Shown here piece by piece: positions 12,801 through 24,800 of a DNA stretch of 64,000 nt. The notes below the pieces were generated by a model. It did no database searches. It saw only the letters and a list, made by a program, of their open reading frames with translations, and was not told the DNA's origin. Both the position numbers and the translations under genes were made by a program. The first letter of the stretch is position 1. Each line of letters starts with the position of its first letter. This DNA is from Perna viridis (Eukaryota): NCBI GenBank assembly GCA_037379345.1, contig CM074516.1:27900001-27964000 (forward strand). Direction: 5' to 3'.

Positions 12801-15800
12801 GCAAAATATTTTATTCCCTTATTTGTGGGAGGTATATAGTGGTCATTGTATTTGTTTTCTCCATTCATCTTTCCGTTCAACTCTTTCATTTTCTTTTTCT
12901 CTGCAACTACTTTTCACGGACACTTTATATATTGACAGAAATCTTTACATAGGTATGACATATGATTGGAATTGATTTCAGACTGAAGCAACATCAACTT
13001 TCAGTTTCTATTTTGATCATATGGTTACTGGAGTAGGGGCATTCTTTATTTTTTATCTGCAAGATTTTTTTCCACATTTTACACCCAAAGCTTCCTAACT
13101 AATGTATAGATTATGTCTCCCCAACTTTGGTTGGGGGACATATTGTTTTTGTCCTGTATGTATATCTGTCTGTCTGTTTTTTTAACTTTTGTTAGCACAA
13201 CTCCTCAGAAACTACTACACAAAAATTTCATGAAATATAATTTTGTAAGTAAATGAAGTAAGGACATGGTATGTTGTTGAACACATTACCAATTATTTAT
13301 GATCCATTAATTATTTACCCTTTTGAACTTTGGAATGGGTGCAGACTTTTTTGTAGGAAAAATCAATCTTTGGTTTGACATTGTAGGAGAATTAATATCA
13401 ATAGAAAGTGAAACAATGTATGAGGCAGCATCTACAGAAAGTGAGAGTGAACCTGAAATGGACTTTGATTTATTTGACAGTAAGTGTAAGAGCATGAATG
13501 TTAATATAATGTAGCAATAGTACAGCACAAATTAAATCTCTGGCATTATTGGTACATGTGATCATGCTTTCTCATTATTATCCTATTTATGACAAATGTT
13601 AACGATCAAGAATTTCTTTGCTTTTTATTTTTTTTCCTACTTGTATAAGACACTATACTGAAATTGTACTTAAAAAAGGAAGGCTTTAGTTGATTTTTTT
13701 CCTTTATATTTTTATCAATTTCAGTGAAAAATGCTGTCAATTTGAAAGAAATTGACCTAAATGGGGAAATAGTAAAAATAAGATTTTTCAGGGAAGGTGA
13801 AAAAATTGGGTCGGAGGGAATGAGAATCTAGGATATTTTTTTTATTTAAGCCCAAACTGATAAATACTAATCAATTTAATTTACATTGTTGACAAGCCAA
13901 AGTTATTAAATGTTGAAATAAAAAATGCTGAAGCATCTACTGAAAGTGAAAGTGAAGTTGAAATGACAGGTTTATTTGACAGTAAGTATAAGGGGCATAA
14001 AAGTTAAAATAATACTGCAATGTTAGGTAAAACAAGTACAGCACAAGTTAAATCTCAGGCACTATTTGCATATTGTGATCTCATTTCTACCCTATTATAT
14101 CATACTAAAGCAGTTGCTATGTTAGGGTTTTGTTTAATCTTTTGCAATAATCCTCAGCAACCGTTCATTTGAGTGATTTATACAATGTTTTTATTCCTTT
14201 ACAGGTTTTCCCTATTGTAATTTTTTTGACTTTGTAGGACAACAACTTGTTTCCTGGGGTATTTTATTATTGTTCACCATAAAAATCTTATTAACCTCTC
14301 ACTGGAATGATTCAAAATTAGATGTGTGTCTCCTTGATTTGTTGTACCCTATTTAAACTATAGGCTCCGTCATTTGGTAAAAATTGATGATGTTGCTTTA
14401 AAGCATTTCCTAATTTTTTGTACAATATAGTGTCCAAAGCATTTGTTGTGTCCATAGTAAATTGTAAGTCCTTATGCTTAAGTGTGTCAAAAACTTGTAT
14501 TGTGTCTGAACTTGCCAAACTGTTCAGGGTATAACTACTGGGGTTTTACCATATTGTGCTAAACGAAACTTTTTATTGTATTTCTCAACCATCAAAACCT
14601 CAATGATTTGTGTTCGGTGCACTGTAGTTTTTGTGCAGTATTACATACAATTTAAACACTCCTGCACCATATGCCGATAATTGAAAGATTGATTTAACTT
14701 ACAGTGGATATGGGGACTTTTGACGAAACAGAATGTGCAAAGGCAACTAAAGAAAGTGAAAGTGAAAGTGATGAGGAAGTTGGTTTTGGTTTATTTGAAG
14801 GTAATTGTTAAATAATTGATTTGAGAGCATGAATGTTAAAATGGTGACTGACAATTTCTGTAGACCCAACACAGCACAAGTTCTATCTCACTTTTGTCAT
14901 TGGCGATCATTGTATGATTATCATTTTATCTTATTACATTTACTATAATACATTTTATAGAAGTTGACATTTTTATGACTGCAAAAAATTACTTTGTATT
15001 ATGTTATGATGTCCTTGTTGTTATCCTACAATAAACACTATTTCTAATTATGAAAAGAATCTGCCAAATACTTTTCATGTTATTGTGCTATGTTTGACTG
15101 CTGCCTATCAGACCACCCCTCTATTGTACAACCCAAAACTAGGAACAGATTTTTTTTTATGGAGATGTATAAGATAATAAATCTTGTTGAATGTTTAAAA
15201 TCAATGAACGGTAGACCCATCAAAACATCTAAATATAGTTATTCCATTATTTATATGCAGAAATTGTGAAATACCAACCACAATAATTTTTTTTCCTCAC
15301 TAAAAAGACAAGAAAATTCCTATCTTTAGCTATGCAAGATTTCCTTATCTCATCCGCGGGTTGATACAGAACCTGCTTTCCTGTAAAAATTGGCACTATC
15401 AAATAATGAGTTAGTGAATGATAAGATCTAAAGGAATGTTGGTAAGCACTCATAATATTAGAAAATCTTAATTATCTTGTTTGCCAGGCAGTGACTAGAA
15501 TATTGAAACAAAAACTCCAATTTGGAAATGAAGTTTGAACAGAGTTAAAAGTATTCACAAGGGTAATCAGTATGAAATTAACCTTTGACCTTAGAAGCAC
15601 TGAGAGCCTAATTTCAGTCGTACAGGAAATTAAGCAGTAATACTGAGTAAGGATTCCTTTATTCTCCCTTCCTAAACAGAATGTTTGCTTATCTTACGGT
15701 TTTTGTTATTAAATTAATCTGAGATAGCAATCAATTAACCACAAATATACATGTAATTAGAAAAAAGTTTTGATTTTGCAAAAAGTTGTAAAACAACTAA

Positions 15801-18800
15801 AGATAGGTAGCATATTTAAAATGTTAGTTTCTGAACCTGATCACTATTGTTGTCCATAAATGTTTGTAGTTAAAATAAATCCCTAAAACTGTCAGGTTTT
15901 CACACAGCTTACTTTCATCCGCACCATCTAGCACACTGATGTTTGTTTATTTTGGCTGTAAAAGTTTTTGCCTATGGTATAATTTTGGTGTGTTAATTTT
16001 GGCACTTTTCAGAGAGAAGCTAGATAAAACAATATAAAAGTACCACCAAAATATCCAAATTTACTGTATTTATTTCATCAATACTCAAACTTATTTGGTA
16101 GTAAAGCAAAACTAAGAAGTGTTAATAAAAAGGTGTTTGTCAAAGTGAGGAAGTCCTTGGACAAAAACATGTTCAGGAACAAATAATCTCACATGGTCAA
16201 ATAATTAAGAAAGACGAAAATTAAAAAACACACAGATAGGAGAAGTAGATCAGTAACATGTATATATTCTTGTAAATGCACTGCAAATGAATAACTCCAG
16301 TAGGAGATAGCTGTCAAGTAGTTTTAATTGTTTGTTTTTGGATTTTTGGAATAACCTAAAGCGTAGCTCAGTGATAGAAAGTGACTTAAGAGTACTTTGA
16401 AATAACAAATAAATATCAAATCTGCTTCATATAAATGTATACATATTTTGATTACTTCCTACAATTTATTCAGGAATTATTGTTTTTTGGAAAAATTTAC
16501 TTTGTGTCAAAAACTTCCACTTTGTAATTAACTGATTACTCTGTGTCAAAAACTTACACTGTGTAATTAACTGATCACTCTGTGTCAAAAACTTACACTG
16601 TGTAATTAACTGATTATTCTGTGTCAAAACTTACACTGCATAATTAACTGATTACTCTGTGTCAAAAACTTTCACTGTGTAATTAACTGAATCAACCACA
16701 TAGAGATATTGGGTCAAGCAGGATATGACTTCAATGAGTGTCTGTTTGATGGTATATGTATAAGGCTGGGTACTTTGGAGCATTTATTTTTTTTGGTGTA
16801 GGATCCATGTCTATTGTATATTTATTAAACTTGAAAGTATATTTATATTTTCAAACAATATCAGTATTTACAAATTCAGCTATTTTGATATCCTTTAACA
16901 GAAAACTAATTGACAGTGATATTTTACTAAATTGTTTTTTTTATGTTAGATTTTTTTTGTAGATGACAGCTATGATACATATGAGCCCCCAGTTGCAAAA
17001 GCTCTAAAGGCTACAGCTAACAGTGACAGTGAGAGCTTGAGTGAAGATGACTTAGCACTGCTTCATGGTAAGACTTTTTGACATTTTTTTATTATATGAT
17101 GGCAAAAATTATTTTTGGTTTTATAATTGAATCCCCTTGTCATTGTCGTTGGCTCCCATTTTTTAATCAGATTCCTCATTGAAGTTCTTGCCTGTGTGTT
17201 TGAATCAGATTACAGAATCTTTTACAGTTTGCAAATTATGTGGGGTCAAAAGGGGTCACACCTTTAAAAAATTGTCTTTATTTTATTTTTTGTGCAATGT
17301 TGAAAATTTTATTTCATTAGTTTCCTCATGGAAACCCTTGCCTGCATTTTTCTATCTGATATCTCTAACATTTTTTGAGTTATAAGGGGCCAAAGGGGAT
17401 CGTGTCCAAAAAGATTGACATTTTTAGGTTTGGTGCAAATTGAAAAACTTTTTTTATTGGATTCCATATGAAAATCCTAGTCTAAATACAAGAGCTTCAA
17501 GAAGTATGCTTACCAAATTTACCCTTTCATTCACTATTTTTGATATGATGAGGTACAAAGTGAACTACAGTGAATAAAGTGAATACACCTTAAGCAGACC
17601 TTTATACTTAAATTGAATTTCAAAATGCTACACAATATATTTTATCCATAATAAACTGTAAGTCCCTATGTTTTGTGTGTCAAAAACTAAGAGTTCAACT
17701 ATCTAGAGTCATATCATGCAGCACTCGGTGAAGTTTTTATTGAACCTTTAACACATTGTTCTTAGGAACATTGCCGAAGGACACACCCCAAAAAATAAAC
17801 TTTAAAAAAAAATTTTGTCTGCTTTCAATTTTTTTATTGGATTTCTTATGAAAATGCTTGAAATGCAATTAAGTCAGATTACAGATAGCTCTTACCATTT
17901 TCAAGTTTTAAAGGGTCAATTGGACCACACCCCAGAAAATGGATTTTTTAAATTTTTGGTCCTATTTTGAGAATGTTGAATTAAATTTTAAATTATGTGT
18001 CCTAACCTGTTATGTCCATGATGAATTGTAAGACACTATGCTTAAGTGTGTCAGAAACAAAAAAACTGAACTTGCCCCAACTGGACAGGGTTCGACCACT
18101 TTGGTCGTATCATGCTGTGCTCCACAAAGATCTTAATATATAATTAATATAACTTTTATGACCAAGCACATAATCTTAAGTTACTTCAATGTGAATCATT
18201 CCTGTTTTTAGACTAGATTGTGCATTGTTGTTGACAGTTGGATCCCCTGTTTTTGTTAATGTTAATATTTTGCATAATTGGCCAACAATTACCCATATAT
18301 AGCCAATTATAGTTGTAACCCCTCTGTTTCCTTCAGTCCTTTTTTAAAACCTATCTTCTATAGTACTTCTTTTTATTCTACTACTGGAACCATTGTCCAC
18401 CTAATGAGCAGTTTCCCCATATCTTTGCCTTTAATAACTTCATTCAAAGAGCTTTGTAAGAAAGAGTTACAGATACTTATAAATATAAGTGTCATATTTA
18501 TTTATACTTTGTTCTATTTAACTTCAAATAACAAAGAATATATTTATCTTGTTTTGATATGACTATTGTAGAGTTTGGAACTGCTCTGAAGCAAGTTCTA
18601 CTATAGCTCTTGGGTTGAATTAACTGTACTCTAGCCCTTGGTCTGAAATACCTATACTTTAGCCCTTGGGTTGAAATAACTATACTCTAGCCCTTGGTCT
18701 GAAATACCTAAACTTTAGCCCTTGGGTTGAAATAGCTATACTATAGCCCTTGGTTTGAAATAACCATATTGTAGCTCTGTGGTTGAAATAGCTATACTAT

Positions 18801-21800
18801 ACTATAGCCCTAATGGGTTGAAATAACTATACTTTAGCTCTTGGTTTAAAATAAATATACTAGAACTCTTTGGTTGAAATAGCTATACTGTAGCCCTAAT
18901 GGGTTCAACTAACTATACTATAGCTCTTGGGTTGAAATAACTGTACTATTGCCCTTGGTTTGAAATAAATATACTATAGCCCTTTGGTTGAAATAAGTCT
19001 ACTGTAGCCCTAATGGGTTGAAATAACTATACTATAGCTCTCTGGTTGAAATAGCTATACTATACTATAGCCCTAATGGGTTGAAATAACTATACTTTAG
19101 CTCTTGGGTTGAAATAAGTATACTATAGTCCTTGGGTTGAAATAACTCTTCTGTAGCCCTAATGGGTTGAAATAACTATACTATAGCTCTTGGGTTGAAA
19201 TAAGTATACTATAGCCCTTGGGTTGAAATAACTATACTCTAGCCCTTGGTCTGAAATACCTATACTTTAGCCCTTGGGTTGAAATAGCTATACTATAGCC
19301 CTTGGTTTGAAATAACCATATTGTAGCTCTGTGGTTGAAATAGCTATACTATACTATAGCCCTAATGGGTTGAAATAACTATACTTTAGCTCTTGGTTTA
19401 AAATAAATATACTATAACTCTTTGGTTGAAATAGCTGTACTGTAGCCCTAATGGGTTGAACTAACTATACTATAGCTCTTGGGTTGAAATAACTGTACTA
19501 TTGCCCTTGGTTTGAAATAAATATACTATAGCCCTTCGGTTGAAATAAGTCTACTGTAGCCCTAATGGGTTGAAATAACTATACTATAGCTCTCTGGTTG
19601 AAATAGCTATACTATACTATAGCCCTAATGGGTTGAAATAACTATAGCTCTTGGGTTGAAATAAGTATACTATAGCCCTTGGGTTGAAATAACTCTTCTG
19701 TAGCCCTAATGGGTTGAAATAACTATACTATAGCTCTTGGGTTGAAATAAGTATACTATAGCCCTTGGGTTGAAATAACTATACTATAGCCCTTGGGTTG
19801 AAATAACTATACTGTAGCTCTTGGGTGGGAAGAACTATACTATAGCCCTTGGGTCGAAGTATCAGTACTATCAGCCTTTGGTTGAAATAGCTCTTCTATA
19901 TACCAGTTTAAATAATGACAAAATAATTTGTAAAAACTATGTAACTCTTTTTTTAATTTCTTAATTTTGTAAGATAGACAGGAAGTATATGTAACACATG
20001 AACCTCATGAATCTTGTTAATCATTTACCCATTCAAAGTAGACTGTTGGTCTTATCAATACTTGGAGCCTCTTGCTTTTATTTTTCATTACAAGGTAGAC
20101 AACTCAAACTAATTAATGTGTGAATGCTATGAGCCTCTTATTTACTCATGACATTCTAGCTGATATCTTGATCAATAGATTTTACCCTTGAGCTATTAAA
20201 GCCTACATAGGACCATTGGTTCTGAGATGTGTTCACTGTTCATTAGTACTTTGACTTCTTGTCAGTTCCCTTGGTCAGTTCACCTTGAACATTTAACCAG
20301 GATACACTTGTCTCTCTTCACCTTGAATATTTAACTGTCATACACCTGTCTCTCTGAAGGTAAATACATGTATTTAAACTTTAACTTTTGTCTATTAGGA
20401 GATTTATTGTTTCCAAAATATTCAAAAAATTGTTTTAGATTTTGGAATAAAGAATAATTTAATCTAGAACGTAGTGTTAAATTGAATGTTGAGGTGTGAT
20501 TCTGAGTTCTGTCTTGCATGTGGTCAGGACATTTTGGTTTTTGAAATCTGCCATTAGGAGCTGTTTTACTGATAATAATGATAATAGTTTGGGACTCACA
20601 ACTGTAAACTCTTATGGCTGATTCTTAGTATAGTTAAACAGAGCAGTGTAAGAATCCATAAAAATAAAATTCAGTTATTCTTGTTTATTAATAACTCCAA
20701 TTCTTTTTTTTTCTGAAATACAAACTATGAAGGTGAAAGTCAGTACTGTAAAACATGCCCAAAAGTGGCAGTGCCTTTAATATTTGTAGTAGTGGAATTA
20801 CTTAGTGAGGTAAATAGATGGCCTTGACCAAATGTACTAGAGGGTTTTTCCTTAAATTTGGTTAGTTAATTAGATAGTACTGGTATCTTAGGTTATGGGT
20901 TTTATACGACAACTACCACTTGATGACTTTTTACAATAGTATAAAATTTGTTAGGTATATAGCCAGCCTTAATCAGCTGAGGAAGGAAGTTAACCCTTTA
21001 GTTAGAGTGCTGACTATTGAATGAGAGGTTCCAGGTATGATTTATACAACTACCACTGGATGACTTTTTACGATAGTTTAAAGTTTGTTAGATATATCAT
21101 GTATATAGCCAGCCCAAATCAGCTGTGCTAGGGAGTTTATCAGCTCAGTCAGATTGTTGATTATTGAAGGTTCAATCAAATAAATACTTTCTACAACAAT
21201 ATCCGACTTTGCCATTTATTATATTGCACTGAGCTGAAAAACAGATTGCCAAAGATGCTATAACACTGAAGGAAGGCTAGTTGGATTTTTGCAGTTGAAA
21301 TGAAATGATAAGGAATAGGGGTCAGACTAAAAATGGGCTAGAAATAAGCATTTTTATCATGTTTAAACAATAAATTGATTGCCTTGATATTGCACTACAA
21401 GGTGCTATACAAGGAAGGGTAGGATTAATTTGGGGGTTGTGATTGGAACCACTTTTATACAGATGCAAAAAATGTGCAGTCTAGTGGGTAAGGCGCTGCT
21501 GTTTTTGTCATCATCCTTAGACACTTCTTTATTATGCATTAATTTGAAAATTGATTTGTTGATCATTATAAGATTTATCAACAAGGTTACAAACTACGCA
21601 AGGAAAGTCAGTATTGGTTTTTTGGGTTTTGGCCCCAACTGTTATAAAGTTAGGGGCAAAAGGAGGGGGGGCTTAAAAGTAGCATTTCATAGAGTTTAAC
21701 TTTAGAACTCCAGTAAAACCATAAGAATGTCTATGATATTGTTCCACATTATTCTATACCTCAATGATCAGACTTGGATTTTCAGAAATAATGGACCAAA

Positions 21801-24800
21801 AAAGGGGGTTAGAAACATATGCATTTTCTTGATGTCCAGACAATAACTTGACTACTAGCAAATAAATCTCTTTGAAATTGTATTACAAGGTGTCATACCA
21901 CCAAAGGAAAACTGGGGTTGATTTCTGGGTTAAGACTTGAACCTTGTAGGAATAAAGGGCCTGAAACTAGCATTTTCCATATATCCATACAGTAACTTGA
22001 GTAAAAGTTAATGGATCTCATGTAAGTTTTGCTGCAAGGTGCCATACCACAATAAGAAGATTGAGATGGACTTCTTGGTTTGTGACCTGAGCTAAGTAAA
22101 ATTAAGGGGCTACAAAGAGGCCAAAAATAAGTATTTTTTTCTGATTTCTGGACAAAAACTTGAGTGAATGGAAATGGATCGCTTTGAAAATGTAGCATAA
22201 GCTGTCATATCTTAACAGGAAGTTGGTGATGGATTTGCAAGTTTTGACAAGAACTATATAGGAATATGGGTCAAAATGTGACCACTTCATTTTTGGTCAA
22301 ATTTTTATTCTTGTCAAATATCGAATCATAAATTCTAAATCTATCTAAATTCACAGCTGTATCAAGTTTTAATGGTGTAACCATATCAGGGTTTTATCGC
22401 TGACTGTATCACGCTGCAGCTTGCATAGATTTTTATAAAATAAGGGGCAAAAAAGGGACATTTTATTCTGGTCAAAAGAATATTTTGCCAGAGCTTTATC
22501 AAGCTTGAATGGTGTGTCCATATTTATCCCATCTGTTCAGGTTTGGAACTCTTGGGTCATATCCAGCTGTATCCTTCAATGAATTTCACTTACAGTGATT
22601 TTCCTACAACCATGACACTTTTTCGGTACCAATCTTCAGAATAGTACAAAGGATTGGACAAAACTATTGGGACATATTAACGACCAGTTGCTGTTGTAAG
22701 AGTTGATGAATAGGTAGCCACTCTCTTGTGAAAATTCACCTGAACAGGTGTAAACCAGCCAATAGCTTATGTCTCTCTTCATAAAGAATGTTCTCATCTT
22801 ATGAATACTTAAGTCAGATTGTGGTGGATTTTGTGCATTTTGAATTTGAAATTATTTTTTAGTTATTGCATATGAAACATATGCATGTTAGATATTTTCT
22901 TTGTATGTGTCTAACATATGTAACACACTTACATATATGTGGAAAGCTTATGGTTTTTAAATTTTAAAAATATTTTATGAAGAATAAAGCTTTAAACTTA
23001 AGGGTTCCCAAGTGGATTTCAAATTTGAAATCTATAAACTTGTTTCAGTAACATTTTCATGAAATGATAACTGATTAAGTTTATGCTACAATATATTTAA
23101 ATCGTCCTGTCTAAAATCTGAATCCATTGAGTACTGGCTCATTATTCAAAATAGATGCATCCTAGTACCAGTACATGTATTTGTTTAACTAATTCTAATG
23201 CATGTAAATTCTTGCACTATGGTTTCATTATCTTGTGTTTAGGTATTACAGTTGTGTGGTTATTATAACTTTGAAGAACCTTTTGTGCTTGAATAGATAT
23301 TCATTGCATAATGACATTATTTATATTTTAACCACTTTATTGTTTAGTCATGTCCTCTTTCTGTCTATATGTCATTCTAAGGTAGTCATTGCTATCTTAT
23401 ATCAACTTGCTGTTCAGCAAAACATATTATGTTTCAATACATGTAAAAATATACTGTAAACCAAGAAATTTTTGCGTGATATAAACTTTCACGGTTTTCA
23501 TTAGCCTGTAAAAATCGCAAAAGTTTATATACGCGAACAAATCGGGGAAATTTGATTGATCAGGTTGGGTGTCTTGTGTACAATTATACCATCGAATTTT
23601 CCAGTTGATCAAATACAGTTATCTTTCTTTGATTTTAATTTTTGTCTGAATACCTGAAAAAACATAAGATAGGTATATAAAATATTTATTTTTAATTCAC
23701 AATAAAATAATGTTTTGTAGCATATTTGAACTTTAAAACATCCAGTTTAAAATCACTAAAACACTGGGGTTTCAAACGTTTGTAGTACGTCAGCACAACT
23801 CTCATTTCAGCATCCCTGATCTGCGCCATCCAGTTTGAATAACGTTGGTTTCTTTCCTGATTTTTTCCCACGCATTTATAATCCATCTGGCATTCACGGG
23901 TTTAATGTTTGAAAGTTTAACGTCAACATCACACTCTTTAACAGATTTTCCGGCTTTCAGTTGTGATGAAATCTGTTTTGCATACCAGTAGGCAAACTGT
24001 GATTTTACTACCTCCTTGAATTGAGCATTGCCCTGTAGGTATAATGGTTGAAAGTTTGAATAAATCTTGTAAAAACTGTTCAAAAGATCAACACCTAATG
24101 TACCTAATTAACTTATACAAACAACTTGACCACTTAATCAATAAAAAGACTATATTGTTATCGAAATCTCTGACATTAGTATTAAACATCACCAGGGATT
24201 AAAAGGTAAAACAGAAATTTAAAATCCACTTAATTGTGAACAAAATATTGTTTATACAGCAATCTTTACTTTTATTTATTTTGATATAAGTTTTCATTAT
24301 TTTCATCAAAGGCTTGGGTTGTCTGATCAGGAAGGAATAGCATGAGTAAAATTTATATTTTTTTTCAAAAATTAAAATTTATTTGAAATATAAATTAGAC
24401 TAACCTTCTTGGTGCATAGTCCAGTTTCCACAAGGAATAATGCTGATGTTGGTTTGATCAAAATTGTTTATCATTTCATGTAGAATTTGACGTTCAGTGA
24501 CAACCGTGTGGGTGCTTGAGAGAAAATCAAGTTTCTGCTCTTCAAAGTCAAGGTGTAGTTTACGGGCTGCCTATGTGCCTTTCTGTCTGAAAAATCCAAT
24601 TCGTCTTAGGAACGATTCTGTTCAAGAATGTTAAAGACTAATGTGTCCTCTATTTTCACGTAACAGGTGTTTTGTTTTCTGTTGAATTATTCCGGTAGCA
24701 CATGCTATCACAATTTGTTCGCTGACAATAGCTCCCAAATTGTGAAGTTTATGAACATAGTCAACTACATCCTCGTCATACTTTCTAAGCAATAGCGGTC

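Noticed and set aside
13323-14800. Separate ribosomal P1/P2 gene or pseudogene
   Set aside because: No N-terminal P-protein dimerisation domain was found nearby, and each motif is followed by a splice donor rather than a stop.
18575-19900. CRISPR-like array (GTTGAAAT-containing repeats)
   Set aside because: Head-to-tail monomers with no unique spacers, inside a eukaryotic intron; it is a satellite.
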